Assembly: GCA_964016885.1 (NCBI GenBank)
Contig: OZ024744.1
Location: 55,366,001 to 55,430,000, forward strand
Length of the DNA stretch: 64,000 nucleotides
Direction of reading: 5' to 3'
Origin: Eledone cirrhosa
Taxonomy: Eukaryota
The notes beneath the pieces were generated by a model, which saw nothing but the letters and a program-made list of their open reading frames with translations, was not told where the DNA came from and made no database searches. Of this stretch, positions 1 through 13,700 are shown one piece after another. Positions within the stretch are counted from its first letter, which is position 1. Each line of letters opens with the position of its first letter. The position numbers and the translations under genes were made by a program.

Positions 1-175
1 TATATAAAAATCCGTAGAGCAATTATTTCCTTCGGTTGTAATATTTTTCAAAATATTTAATTATGCTTCCGCAGATTGATTCTTTTAGTTTCAGAAGATC
101 CCATTAAGGGTGAAAGCAACGATTCTTTGCTTAAACTTTAATCTGTTATTTTAATAAATAAATAAATATATATAT
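1..175 (+). mobile_element. Fragment of the non-autonomous Helitron family also at 47679-49142
   Basis: Near-identical to 48320-48447 (cagattgatt..tagtttca..agatccc.ttaagggtgaaagca.cgattctttgcttaaactttaatctgttattttaata). Confidence 0.75.
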
Positions 176-462
176 ATATATATATACACATATATATATA
201 TGCTACCATATAAAATGGACGTTAAATGATGATGATGATGATGATATATATACACCCACACGCAGGTAGGGTATTGATTATCCTTACTAACTTACTTCCA
301 AGTAAGTTAGTAAGCTGAATACAATTCACGTCAGTATACAAAATATTGCTCATTTGCAAGCACCACATACCCATATCCATTATTAGGTTTCTTTGTAATC
401 AGTAAGCTAATTATGGCCCACGGTCATGATTATACCTCGCTCTATGTACATATATATATGCA

Positions 463-790
463 CATCATCATCACCTTTTTATGTCCGTTCTTCCACGCTA
501 GCATGGGTTAGACGGGTTGTCCTGTTGTGGGCAGTGTCCGGTCGGCTGACCATGCCTTGCTCATACGGGAACTGATTCTGGCTTGATTTAGACCAACAAT
601 TTTTAGAGGAGGGGAAAGTCGATTACATCAATTCCAGTGTGTTACTGGTACTTTATTTTATCGACCCTGTAAAGATTTAAAACAAAGCTAATCTTGGCAG
701 GATTTGAACTCAGAAGGTAAATGGTCATAACTATATGCCGCAAAGCATGTTATCTAATGCTCTACTGACATTACCACTCCACAATCTAAA
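463..790 (-). mobile_element. Retroposon 3' tail with (GAT)n end plus tRNA-derived SINE fragment
   Basis: catcatcat..cgttcttccacgctagcatggg tail recurs across the window. ggtactttattttatcgaccc..ggatttgaactcag carries a reverse B-box (GAGTTCAAATCC) and is shared with 36427-36569 and 36881-37035. Confidence 0.7.
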
Positions 791-1560
791 CTATAATAAA
801 GGAAGGTCTGCGGGACTGCATACGTTTTATTTTTTTGTTTACCCCTTTAGTAAAATAAGTTGGATTACTTTGAATAAATAATGAATGAATATTTCATAAT
901 TTATCTACTAAATTTCGTAAACAAAAATAATTTCGTAAAAATAAATAATTTAAAATTGACTTCTTTTCAAAGTTGCATTTTTGCTATATCGTCGCCACCA
1001 TCATCACTTCAACAACCATACATATAGAAAGAAAGAGTGTGTGATGTCAACACTTCCGGTGGCGATCACTTAAATAAACATACTAATTTTCTGTCACTAA
1101 TTTTCTCCTAATGCAGTTTATATATAATATCGTCTTTTTTAATGTATGGATTACGTTACTGATTACATAAGACAGTGCAACACAGTCTTCGTTCAATTTC
1201 TGTTTATAGTGTCAATTACGATTTTATTTGATGTATCATATCTACATGTATATATACTTGCGTATATCAATATACACACTACACATGCTAGCAGAAAACC
1301 ACCCGAAGGGTGGTTTTTCTGCTAGTTATAATAATAATGTTTCTGAAATTTTTGCCAGTTGTCAACACAATTTGAATGAACTTTTGAATCAGAGATTATG
1401 AGAGCACATGAACAAAATCAAAGGGATAAATTATATATATATTGATTTTGTATATATATATTATATAAATTTTGTTATATATTGATTTTGTTATATATAT
1501 ATTATATAAATTTTGTTATATATTATATAAATTATATATATATTGATTTTGTTATATATA

Positions 1561-2363
1561 TCATCATCATCATCGTTTAATGTCTCTTCCATGCTAGCAT
1601 GGGTTTAGACGGGAGTTGTCCCACTTGAGGCAAGATTGGTTTTCTCGCTCGTATAGGACTTTCTGGCAAGTTTTCTACAGCTGGATGCCCTTCCTAACAC
1701 CAACCATGTTTACAGTGTGGACTGGGAGGTTTTTACCGTGTTACCTACACGGCCACATTACAGCGTGGACTGTGTGTTTTTTTGCCGTGACACCTACACG
1801 ACCTCATTTAATTAGGACTGGATGTTGTGGTACCAACATAACTTTACAGAGAAAGGGGTGGTGTTGATGTGGAGTGGGGGAGTTGGGGTAGTGGGAGGGG
1901 GTGTATATTTGGTTAAGAGGTGACTACTGACTGTAGGTTTCACTTTGTACATAGGCAAGGCGGGTCTTCTGTATTACTGTGTGGCGCCAAAGATCTCTGT
2001 CCAGGTCAACAAAAGCTAAGTATAGGGGTTTACCTTTAGCTAGGTACTTCTCCTGTAGTTGTCGTACAAGGAAAAGAGCATGTGGTACTTTTACCTGACA
2101 CAAACCCAAACTGCATTTCATCTAGATCAATTCGCTCTCTGATTAGTTGCGCTGTAACTCTTTCTGTGACCTTCATGACCTGGTCAATTAATTTAATACC
2201 CTATAGTTTCCCCTATCTAGGGCATCTCCTTTACCCTTGTAGCAGTTAATGATGATGCTGCTATGCCAGTCATTTGGTATGAACCCATTCTGTATGACTT
2301 GGTTTACTATCCGGGTGGCCATAGTGTGTCCCACTGATCCAGATGCTTTCAGCATTTCAGCGA
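1561..2363 (-). mobile_element. Internally deleted RTE-like LINE fragment with 3'UTR and (GAT)n tail
   Basis: RT peptide ALFLVRQLQEKYLAKGKPLYLAFVDL is fused directly to the C-terminal DRDLWRHTVIQKTR; 3'UTR matches 3560-3915 and 46855-47330. Confidence 0.85.
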
Positions 2364-2384
2364 CTTAACAATTCCATTCCTCCA

Positions 2385-2680
2385 ATCCACTGTACTGGAC
2401 TGGAACTTTAATGTATTAAACTTGAAAAAAATGGGAGGTAAGTATAGCCTCAACAGGATTTGAACTCAGATTATAAAATGCTGGGACAAATACTATAAGC
2501 CATTTTGACTAATAATTCCACCAGTCTGCTGTACTGGACTGATACTATAGTTTATCTGATCTTGAAAGGATGGAAGGTAAGGATAGCCTCAGCAGGATTT
2601 GAACTCAGATTAGAAAGAGCTGGGACAAATACTGTAAACCATTTTGACCAATACTCTAACAATTTCACCAGTTCACTACA
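2385..2680 (-). mobile_element. Two tandem degenerate SINE copies
   Basis: Direct repeat of about 140 bp (tactggactg..atagcctca.caggatttgaactcagatta..gctgggacaaatact..ccattttgac). Confidence 0.65.
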
Positions 2681-2860
2681 ATTTTCCCTACATTATATAT
2701 AGAAAATAAGACCTTTCAGCTAATATAAACTAACGCCACTATAGCCTGTCTAACAAAATAGCCTGCTATGATGAAAGAAGTTATCTTAACACAAGACAAA
2801 CTAAACTGTTTTTAGATATCTACTACAAGGAAAAAATATTGCCTCAGGATTATATATACA

Positions 2861-2948
2861 TACACAGGGTCTCCCTGCCAAAATGTATACACACTTTTAT
2901 TAGAATGCTGTTGAAGTGTGTATACATTGTTTTAAGACATCCTGTGTA
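2861..2948. mobile_element. Tiny Tc1/mariner-type MITE (fold-back)
   Basis: TACACAGG..aatgtatacacactt / aagtgtgtatacatt..CCTGTGTA inverted arms with TA ends. Confidence 0.6.
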
Positions 2949-2949
2949 C

Positions 2950-3001
<52 letters not shown>

Positions 3002-3017
3002 ATATATATATGCTCAG

Positions 3018-3915
3018 TATGTAGGAAAGGTGTAGGAACTCCATCCTCTGCCCCAAATGCAAACAATGGGTACACAAGAGATGTTGTGGGATCTCAGGAA
3101 GCTTAACTAATAATGTAGGCTTCACATGCATGTATACGAACAGCAATGTTACATCGTAGTGAGACCTGGGCGTTGTGTGTAGAAGACTTGCGTAGATTAG
3201 AAAGAAACGAAGCCTGCATGCTCCGATGGATGTGTAATACTAATATACACAAATGGCAAAGCATAAACAAATTGAGAGAGAGACTGAGAATAAGAGGAAT
3301 CAAATGCTGTGTGCAGGAGAGGAGGTTGTGTTAGTATAGACATGTGATGTGTATGAAGGATGACAGCTGCATAAAAAGGTGCAGAGCAGTAGAAGTCGAT
3401 GGAAACCGAGGAGTGGGGAGACCCAAGAAGACCTGGGATGAGGTGATAAAAGCCAACCATACCCAATTGCACCTCTCAAGAGTGATGACACACGACTGTG
3501 ACCTCTGGTGTCACGCAGTAATACAGAAGACCCGACACCCCACGAGTACAAGCCAAAGCTGAAGCATATAGACAATATGCCCACACCCTCCCACTGAAAA
3601 GTGGTGTGGAGGTGCCACAGCAAAAAAGCACCCAGCCCACACTATAAAGTGGACATGTAGGGTGCCATGGAAAAAAAGCACCCAGCACTCACTGTAAAGT
3701 GGTTGTGTAGGTGTCATGACAAAAAGCACCCAGCACTCACTGTAAATGAGGTTGGTGTTAGGAAGGGCATCCAGCTGTAGAAACCAATCCAAAATCAGTT
3801 CTGTATGAGCAAGACATGGTCACCTGACCTAACAATGCCCACAACAAGACAACTAGTCTAACCCATGCCAGCATGGAAAAATGGAAGTAAAACGATGATG
3901 ATGATGATGATGATT
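3018..3915 (+). mobile_element. 3' fragment of RTE-like LINE with 3'UTR and (GAT)n tail
   Basis: MLHRSETWAL..LRRLERNEACMLRWMC, GRPKKTWDEVI; ends aaacgatgatgatgatgat. Confidence 0.88.
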
Positions 3916-4156
3916 TAACATCTCCTTTCTATGTATATATATAAATATACACACATAGTTGGACAGATATGCATATTAACATACAGGTTAACCACCCACT
4001 ATCTGCTACTATCATCTACACTCCCTATTCAGAAGATACCAATACTATTACAGTGAAAAAAGAAATGTTTCATAGTTACTGCTGAATTAGAAGATATCAA
4101 ACCTGAATACTCTTCCAATTCCATAAGACTGGAATACAGTGTCATCTAAGATTAGA

Positions 4157-4158
<2 letters not shown>

Positions 4159-4239
<81 letters not shown>

Positions 4240-4272
4240 CGTGCGTGCGTGTGTGTGTGTGTGTGTGTGTGT
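4159..4272. repeat. (GT)n microsatellite
   Basis: Directly visible. Confidence 0.95.
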
Positions 4273-4279
4273 GAAGTTA

Positions 4280-4520
4280 TATATATATATAATTATAGAA
4301 TAAAATGACAGGAGGCCAGACAGGTTGAATTCCTTCAAATTTTTATTTCTGCAAACACTATGTACATTTCAGTGGCCAGGTTACGTAGGAACCTGGTGAT
4401 ATCATCAGGTGTATATTGCATAATAGTTATATACCAAAGGAATGATGGTAAACATATTCCAAGAGGCTTTAAGGAGGAAAAGCAGAGAAGAGAAAAAGCA
4501 GAGAAGAAAAATTCTACCCA
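4280..4520. repeat. Dispersed repeat with an inverted copy at 46320-46530
   Basis: aggaggccagacaggttgaattcctt and cactatgtacatttcagtggccagg are reverse complements of blocks at 46436-46507. Confidence 0.75.
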
Positions 4521-5397
4521 ATGGTGAACCACCAAACTTAAGTATATATATCAGTTCCCGTCCCACCCTTGCAAGCAGGGAAAAAGCGGACGTAAAATGA
4601 AATGATGATGAAATGATGAAATGATGATATATATATATCCCGAATTTGAATTCTAACCAGCACACTGATTCTATATCGCTGTCTAATTGTTTGTTGGCAT
4701 TTAATGTCCGGAAATGTTTTAGGTACTACCATTGTTTACTGTGACACCATATTCACCATGATACTTGGAGACTAGAGCCAAATGCTACCATTCTATTGTA
4801 CAGCGATTCAAGACAGATTTTCTCTAATAACCGATTTTTTTCGCTCACTTATTAATTTGTGTTTGACTTGAGATATGTTGGTTGAGTTCCTATGGAGAGG
4901 CCAAAATATAGAATCTCGACTCCTAGCCATCACGTAAATTTCTGAACCAGTGGCCAATCGGTTGATGGTATTTTGATGATGTGTAGGGATTACAGTTAGG
5001 GATTACACTACTGTGTCGCCTGTTACATTTACTGCCATAGAGAACATGGAGTGGAATTGTATTCAGTTGATCGATTGGTTATTGATTAGGTGAGACCCAC
5101 TGATGAAGCCACTTCCACTTACGCTGATTGTGCATTATTGCATAATAAATACAGACAATAGATGCTGTACACATTCTTGCTGCATTAAGTGTGGCCAAAA
5201 CTCAAGTATGGGTATAAATTTATGGTACGTGTGTTGTATTGAGGCAAATAACTCTGTGCCTACTCTACGATTTTTACATAACCTTACCTATTGAGTACGC
5301 TGAGATGTGTCCGGTACTAGCAGGGAAACCTTATGTTAGTCCCATCAACTTATTATATATATATATTTCCCTTTCAGATACATAGAAGGAAATATCA

Positions 5398-8235
5398 ACT
5401 GGCAAGATACAAAACAGGACTGCCACCCTTGATATTTGCACTCTAAAAGGTAAATCAGGTAAAATTGTGGAACTTTTAGAGGGGAGAGAAGTGGATATAT
5501 GCTGTGTAGAAGAGGAGAGATGGAGGGGTGCCTCAGTGAGACTACTGACAGGCAAATAGCATAAATATAAGCTGTACTGGATAGGAAATGATGATGGGGT
5601 AGGAGGCGTAAGTATCTTACTAACTAAGAAATAGATAGATAAGGTGATAGACGTAGTTAGAGTAAGTGACAGAATTATCAAGCTTAAAATAGCTGTAGGA
5701 AATAGAATGGTGACAATTAGTACTTATGCACCACAGGCAGGACTAAGTAATGATCAAAAAGTCAGGTCCTATGAGGAACTTTTACAGACAATTTCAGGAA
5801 CCGATAAAGGTGACATCTTCATCCTGGCACATGACTTCAATGGACATGTTGGACAATACCAGGATAGATTCACTGGAGTCCTTGGTGGCTATGGTTATGG
5901 CTCAAGAAATGAAGATGGATTGAGGCTCCTGGAATTCTGTGACTCAAATGAACTAACCATCTGCAACACAAATTGCCAACCACCTGATTTCATATCAATC
6001 TAGTGAACACACAAGTCAAATAGATTAGTTACTTTCAGACAACAAGACAAATGGACTGTAATAAATACTAAGGCCTTCCCTGGGAAAGAATGCACTGCCC
6101 AGCACAAGTTAGTTATTAGTGACATCAAAATAAACAAAACACAGAACAAGGCATGCAGGAAAATATGGAGATGGAGGGTGTGGAAGCTAAAGGATCTCTT
6201 GGTTAAATATAGGTTTAGAAAGGCCCTACAGGATGCACTTGATGAGAGAGATGATGAGCTAGAAACTTATGACATAGATGATAACTGGAAATGTTTGTGC
6301 CACGACCTTTTGTAAACTACTGACAAGACTTGTGGCTGGAGTAAAGTACCAGCCAGTCAAAGGGTGACCTGGTGGTGGAACAGCAAAGTGGATTGAGCCA
6401 TTAAAGTCACAATAGAGGCTTGGAAAGACTAAAAAACTGGGGGTAGCAGAGATCGGTACCAGGTAGCTAAGAGAGTGGCTAGGCGATAGGGATACACAGC
6501 TTGGAATGAAGCTGATGAAAGAAAGTTTACCAGTGTCCTGAGATGTGAGGATCAGAGGTGCAAAGCGTTCTGGATTGCAAGGAGGTGTGTCAGTGTGAAT
6601 CATGATGTTGTTATGAAAAATTTGTTAGAAATGATACTGGTGTATTTATCACACTGATGCTCAAAAGAAAAAGGCGTTAGAAGGAATAAATGGCAGGAAG
6701 AAAAAATACCCCCAACCTATCCAACAGAAGGACCAGCAATTGAAGTAGACAGTTATAGGGTTAAAGAAGCAATCAAATATGAAAAGATGGAGTCCATCAG
6801 GGATAGTTGCTGAGATGCTAAAAGCATAAACACATAGTCAATCAGGTAATACAGGATGGTGTCATACCCAATAACTAGTGCAGCAGTGCATCATAAATTG
6901 CTACAAGGGCAAAGGTGATGCCCTAGAAAAGAGCAACTATAGAGGAATAAAATTAATGAACCAAGTTGTGAAAGTGATGGAAAGAGTTATAGTGCAACTC
7001 ATCAGGGAAAGAGTCCAATTAAATGAGATGCAGTTTGGTTTCATGCCTGGGAAAAGTACTAGAGATGTCCTCTTATTAGTGAGGCAACTACAATAGAAGT
7101 TCCTAGCCTAAACTAAGCTACAATACCTATATTTCGTTGATCTAGAAAAGACCTTTGACAGAGTTATTTGATCTATTATATGGTAGTCCTTAAGAAAATT
7201 GTGTAGAAGAATGGTTTGTGAGAGCAGTGCAACCCATGGAAAGAGGAGCTGTCAACAAAGTGAGTTTAGTGAGGAATTCAAGGTACAAGTAGAGGTTCTA
7301 GCCCACTACTATTCATTATAGTTCTCCAAGTTATAAAAGAGGAGTTTATGACCACTTGCCTATGGGACTTCTCTATGAAGATGATCTCATCCTTATAGCT
7401 GAATCCATTAAAGATCTAGAAAATAAGTTCTGACTATGGAAACAGAATTTAGAATCAAAAGGTCTGAAAGTAAACTTAGTCAAAACTAAACTGCAATTGA
7501 GTAGGAGAGAAGACAGGACCCTGATTCCTTCAGGAAAGTAGCCCTGCTCGATATGTAGGCATAAACTTCATATGATGCACACAATGTGAATCTTGGGTAC
7601 ACAAGAGATGTAGTAGGATAACAGCTAGTCTAACAGGAAAGGAAGACTTTGTATGTAGATGATGCACAGGTGTAACTGAGGGGAAGAGCACCAGTGATGT
7701 AAACATATTCTAGTCACAGGAAGGACTCATAGAAGTAGTTGATAGCTTTTACTATCTAGGCAACTTAATTAGCAATGGTTGAGGGTACTCTGAGAGGATA
7801 ATAACTAGAATAAGGATAGGATGGAAAAAGGTTAAGAGAGCTACTCCCACTGTTGATAATAAAAGGTTTCTCCCTACATGCAACAGGACGACTGCATGAC
7901 ACCTGTGTGCAAAATGCAATACTGCATGGTAGTGAAACATGGTAGTGACTGCAGAAGACATGTGTAGACTGGAGAGAAATGAAACAGCCATGCTTCGTTG
8001 TATGTGCAATGTGAGAGAAAAGCAAAGCTTGGACGAGTTAAGGGAGAAGCTGGGTTTAAGAGGAATCCAAGGTGGTGTGCAGGAGAGAAGACTGTGTTGA
8101 TATGGACATGTGATTGCTGGGTGAAGAAGTGTCAGGAAATGTCAGTGGAAGGAAGCCATAGTAGAGGTTGACCAAGAAAGATCTGGGCTGTGGTTGTGAG
8201 AACTGACCTCAAATCACTGAAACTCACACAGGAGT
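5398..8235 (+). mobile_element. Near full-length decayed RTE-like LINE ORF2 (APE endonuclease plus reverse transcriptase)
   Basis: APE motifs (VVRVSDRIIKLK, STYAPQAG, DFNGHVG, RNEDGLRLLEFC), RT motifs (KGKGDALEKSNYRGIKL, QFGFMPGKST) and thumb; many stops and frameshifts. Confidence 0.93.
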
Positions 8236-8530
8236 ACAGATTAAAAATTTAAGCAATGAATTTCTACTTTCACCCTAAGCGGGATCATCTGAAACTGATG
8301 AGGCAAATCAATGTGTAGATGCAGAATTAAATATTTTTTTTTAAATTACGACCAAAAATTACCTTTAGAAAACAGGAAGGCATAACAGTAGTGTGTAAAG
8401 ATGTTCTCTTGAGATGAACAAAATGTATGCAAGGAGAATTACATTAATGTTTTATCTTTTCTAATAATAAATATTTGCTCTCTGGGTTTATGTATACTTA
8501 TTGTCTGGAAGAAGGCTCATATGTATATAT

Positions 8531-8639
8531 ATAAGAAAAGAGTCAAGACCCTGATGGCTGAGCTTCAGCCGTTTTGATAGCTAGATCTGTTGAAACATCG
8601 GCCAGAGCTCAACCGTCGGGGTCCTGACTCTTTTCCTAT
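8531..8639. repeat. About 109-bp fold-back element (MITE-like)
   Basis: 34-bp arms ataagaaaagagtcaagaccctgatggctgagct / agctcaaccgtcggggtcctgactcttttcctat differing only by transitions. Confidence 0.7.
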
Positions 8640-8849
8640 TACCCACTCTACTACCCTAAGTATTGAGTACTCTAGTGCGTTATGGTCCACCTGGTATCTT
8701 ACCACACCCACTTTGTTATATATATATACATACACCTATATATGCCAGCATGGAAAACTGGTATTTGCCAATGCCCAGATGAAAAATTTATATCATTTTC
8801 TTTCAGATTCTGAAAATATTATTTAAAGGAAAGCTTTCAAATCAACCCC

Positions 8850-9295
8850 ATGTTTTCTCCAAGTAAAGAATACATTCATCATGCCATACTTTATGAATTT
8901 CACAGAGACAATAATGTAAATGAAGATGCAAAATACATTAAAATCACATATGGTGATGGCATGGAGTGTGAAAGAACATGCAGGAAGGGGCTTTCCTATT
9001 TTAGAAAAGGGGACATCAGTTTAAAGGAGAAGCAAAAAGATAGGTCATCCACGAGGAGTTGATTCAGTAACTGGTGGTAACTATTGAATCTAACACTATC
9101 ATTACAGTTAAGGAACTCTGTGGACATTTCAAAGTTAGCCATATAAGTGTCCATCATGAAATGAAAACGCCTCGTCAAGTGGGTTCTACATTACCTGTTA
9201 GCAAAGAATCACAAGCAGGCCAGTTATTGTGCATCATAGCATACAGGTCAGCTTCAAACATCTCTTTTAAACAAAATCATTACAGGGTTTGAGGC
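8850..9295 (+). pseudogene. Decayed mariner (Mos1/SETMAR-like) transposase N-terminal HTH fragment
   Basis: KEYIHHAILYEFHRDNN..AKYIKITYGDG..ERTCRK..YFRKGDISLKE, then ITVKELCGHFKVSH; typical mariner HTH, frameshifted. Confidence 0.85.
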
Positions 9296-10195
9296 TCCTA
9301 GTGTTGTGATGCAAATGACCTGACAATCTACAACACAAATTTCAGAAAACGAGCCAGCCACTTGATTAACCTATAAATCAGGTAAACATACAAGCCAGAT
9401 AGACTTTATTCTCATCAGAAGACAGGACAGTCAAATGGCTGTAAATGCCATGTCTCTCCTTGATGAAGAATGTACCACCCAAGATAAGCCAGTGGTTAGT
9501 AACTGTATAGCAACATGGACCTAAAAATATGAGATAATATGGAAAAGGAGATATGGATGTTGAAAGCTTTCAGTTCAGAGAAGTTGTAATTGACCGCATA
9601 TGGTTGGCATTAGGAAGGGCATCCAACCATAAAAACCAAGACAAAAAAAAGCGTATGAGCAAGTCCTAGTCTGGCCTCAGTATATGACAACTGCCTAAGC
9701 CATACAAGCATGGAAAATAGATGTTAAACAATGGTGACAATGATGATGATGATGACAGGAGATGAAGAGAGAGACATAACATATAGTAGACAACTAGGAT
9801 ATTCCATGAAACAATCTGATGGACAATTGGGATATTTCATGGAATAAAGCACCCAGTACACGCTAAATGTGGTTGGCATTAGGAAGGGCATCCAGCCATA
9901 GAAATCAAGCCCAAATCAATTCTGCGTGAGTGAAACAGTCTCCCAACCTGATCTCTCACAAAGTGACAGCCCGTCCTACTCATGCGAGCGTGGAAGATGG
10001 ACGTTAAACAATGATGAACTTGATGTAGATTACAGACTTAACATTGTGGACAACTGGGATATTTCATGGAACAACCTGTTGGTGTGGCAAAATAAAACAT
10101 ACTTATCACTTTTTTCTGGGGTTATTTTTGTTCTATGTCTAGTAATGGATATATTTATTATTAGTCAGTCTGTCATGTTTTATTTATTATAATTA

Positions 10196-10545
10196 CTAGC
10201 TGACGTATCCAGCTTCGCTCGAGTAAACAGATGATAAGAGAAGACAGGTAAAAGAGAAAATGACTGTATTGGATGTTTGTCTGGTTACAGTATGAGGCGA
10301 GTCCGTGGTGTCTGTGTGATACAGAAAACTAAAAAAAATCTTCCAGATATACCAGATTCTTCGTTGTACCGTTTGTGCATAGTATATGAACAATTCTAGG
10401 TGCTGCCACCTAGAATAGTGACCTCTAGGAGATGGTTCATCTTCTGCCTGACTGTAAAACGTGTATCATTGCATAGACGTGGTTGTTCCACGTTTCTCAA
10501 AAGGATGATGGAAGTTCCAATCTTTTATATATGTAGATATAGATA
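10196..10545 (-). mobile_element. Non-autonomous Helitron
   Basis: Minus strand starts TCTATATCTACATATATAAAAG and ends with a GC hairpin (CGAGCGAAGCTGG..) then CTAG|T. Confidence 0.6.
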
Positions 10546-11254
10546 TAGATAATTAATATAAAAGATGTCCGTCAATGTAAAAAAAGATCCCTATTTACTC
10601 CCTTCACAATTCTGTGTATGTTAGACTGACAGACAGATAAACAGCGTGGCGATTGTGGAACGCCACACACATACACGCATGGAATCGCGCACACACACAC
10701 ACGTTGATAGTTTTTACTTTCTGTGGAACGCTGCACGCACGCACATAAACATACGCGCGCGTACATACACATGCACGCATGTTAAGTTATTGCTTTCCTT
10801 CACCTCTTATTTCCATGCACATCACACACACGTCTCTACACTGACACATATAGCGTTCACACTCTCCCCTCTCACTCCCTCATTGGCATTATGCATATTA
10901 ATTTCAGTTTGGCGTCATTGAGGTGGGCAGAGTCATTTGAAACCTATGAACCAATGATAATCGAGAATTATGACACACGGAATACTGACGTTCTTCAAAT
11001 TAATATATAGATGTATATATACATTATTCATTTCTCATAAAACATAATATAGATTAATTTCTAACATATTATAGTTGCACAGTATTGTGGCTGGACTGCT
11101 GAAAGTTTGATGGATCAAAGAGGCCTTTAGGTGCCCCAAGGAGTGTCAGTTGTATGGGTGTGCTTCATTTATCCCAGATAGACCCATCTCTGATTCCCTG
11201 GTCCTAAATTCTTGATACAGCCTTTCCACATGCCTAGTTTTTGAGTGGACACAG

Positions 11255-11595
11255 CAGGTTTGAGTGGTTTAAGAAGCTCACTTTGCAATCATAACGTCCT
11301 GGGTTCAATCTCATTGTATGGCATCTTACCTTCAGTGGTATTTATCATAGTCTCGGGTCAATCCAGGCTTTGTGAATGAAATTGGGTAGGCCAAACTGTT
11401 TGGAAATCTGTCAGATGGACCTGAAATTCAAAGGGCCAGCCTTATTACACAGTGTCATACTTAATCTCTCTGAGAACCATATTAAATGTACATGTCTCTA
11501 TAGAATGTTCCACACCATACACATTACTTTCAGGAGCAGGTTGTTCTATTGATCATACTGGAACATTGAAGCTGTCAGAGAGGTCCATTCCATTA
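11255..11595 (+). mobile_element. tRNA-derived SINE; related copies at 32660-32790, 40330-40680 and 42985-43135 on the minus strand
   Basis: A/B-box head (GAGTGGTT..GGGTTCAATCTC); body shared with the reverse complement of 40380-40530. Confidence 0.65.
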
Positions 11596-13454
11596 TTTAC
11601 CTAGTTTTCAAAACCCACATCTATCACTGGTCTCAGCTAACTACCAAAATAAAGTAACTAATGAGAGAGGTGTTTCACAGGTATAGCATGTTTGTCTAAT
11701 AATGTTTTAGACCTTTACCATTTGCATTACTCTATATTTACTATTATATTTTCACAAGACTTTATTTCGCATAATATCGAATCTATGAGATTCTGATGTT
11801 ATTTATTTTTAGAACAATACCCTAACATTAGTATGAGTGGCCAGTTACAGTCAGTTTGAACAGAAAGCGGTAAGAGAATTCTGGATGGATATTGTCAGTT
11901 TAAATACTTTTCAATTTTATATTTTCTGTAGTAAATGTTTTCCCTTTATCAATCCTAAGGAAAGAAATTGTTTTGATTCTTTTTCAAATGTAAAGCAATT
12001 AGGAAAACTATGGAGAGAAAGCTAACACCATTCATTTGTATTATTTTGTTTTATAAGTATTTGCTTTTCTTTATCAATCAGTCAATGACTGTTTGACTGT
12101 CACATACTTCTTAATTTCAGTCTTATTCGTGAGATTACTATGTGAAGCTAGAATAATGTTTCAACAGATTTTTTTCTTTCTCTCTCTATCTCTCTCTCTA
12201 TATATATATATATATACAATGTACATTGGCAAATAGGCAGAGCTCTCAGAGCATCAGATTTAATATCAGTAGAGTTCAAAATTTGCTATGACCAACTTTG
12301 CCTTTTATCTTTTTAAGGCAATGTATTGCTGGAATTGTTAGACTGATGCTGTGCAGAATCTCTCTTCGCCCATTGGTTTCTGGATATGCCTGCAATGACA
12401 CTGGAGCCAAGCTGAATCATCTGTAGCATGGGGAGAGAGGTGAAAGCTGCACACACGGGCAACTGCTGTTCCAATAAAGATGGGCTTGTTAGTTCAAATA
12501 TTCATAGCATACTTACTAGTGAACAGAGAAATTTTGCAGTAAATTGAGTTTAGTTCTCTTTGCTACAACATTCATATACCCAACACAGCACCAGAGTATC
12601 ATCTACTAGAGACTTAGTTTGACAAATTTGATAGTCTGAAAGTGTACAGAATCCTGTACATAGATCATTTTACGTCAGTTTTCCATGCTGGTATGGGTTG
12701 AACAGGTCATTATAGACAAAGTCATGCATCTAGTAAAGTTTGTCTGGTTAAGGGAATCCGACCATAGAAACTATGCAAGAATGAATGTATGAGTGAGGCA
12801 GCCATTTGACCTGTCTAGCCTGAATGTGACTTGTTTAAAACCCATACAAGCATGGAAAATAGACATTAAACAGTTATGATGATAAACATTCTCAACAGCC
12901 TTTAGTTTATCACATCTCACTCAGGGTATATATCAACATAAGATACTGTGCAGTGCATTTGAACCTAATAAATAGCCTATAGTTGCAAGTTTTCTGAAAT
13001 TCACACAATCTCCTTCAAACCTGCCTGAATGTGTGCAGGTTTGGTTAAAAATTTCTATCCAAAACCGTGAGGCCCCATGTTTTTATCTCAATGCAAAGAA
13101 CCATGGACATATTCAACCACAAGCTTGGGTTCTTGTTACAGACCACACTTACATTAGGTGGTTTCTTGGTTATTTAATTGATAGTTCACAATTATGTAGC
13201 TTTGGTTGACCTATGAGATCCAGTCTCATAGGTCTCTTGAGTTTCAAATGATAGAAACCCATCTTGCAAATGAAATTGGTAGGCAGCTGTGCAAGGGAAT
13301 CTAATGTGTACTGACAAATGGGGAAGTGCAATGGACCAGGGATCTAGGACATTAATCTATTTTATCATAAATGCATGATTTTTATTTTTGAGGATGGGGT
13401 ATAATTTTATATAAATTTACAATATATATATTGTGAATTGAGGTTTTGTAGCTC

Positions 13455-13700
13455 CAGTATAGCATTTCTCAACTACCCAGAACCCTAGGGTTCCATGAGA
13501 AACTGATGAATATGCTAATGCATTTTTTAGTAATATTTTGTTTAATTTTATATTTGTAATTTTACTATTACACAGGCAGCATATTGTTGGAAAATCAAAT
13601 TATAATAATGGCTTCAACTTCTAAAAAGAGATAGATAATAATGGTATCTAGTTTTTATGAAAGAGTTCCCTGGAACATGAAAAAGGTTGAGAAAGACCGG
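13455..13700. mobile_element. hAT/Charlie-type MITE, degenerate
   Basis: Termini cattt ctcaac / ggttgagaaagaccg with internal gggttcc motifs typical of Charlie derivatives. Confidence 0.5.

Noticed and set aside
1-4520. Segmental duplication with 46300-48450
   Set aside because: The shared blocks differ in order and orientation, which fits independent copies of common repeat families.
11255-11330. tRNA gene
   Set aside because: A/B boxes without a cloverleaf, continuing into a repeated SINE body.
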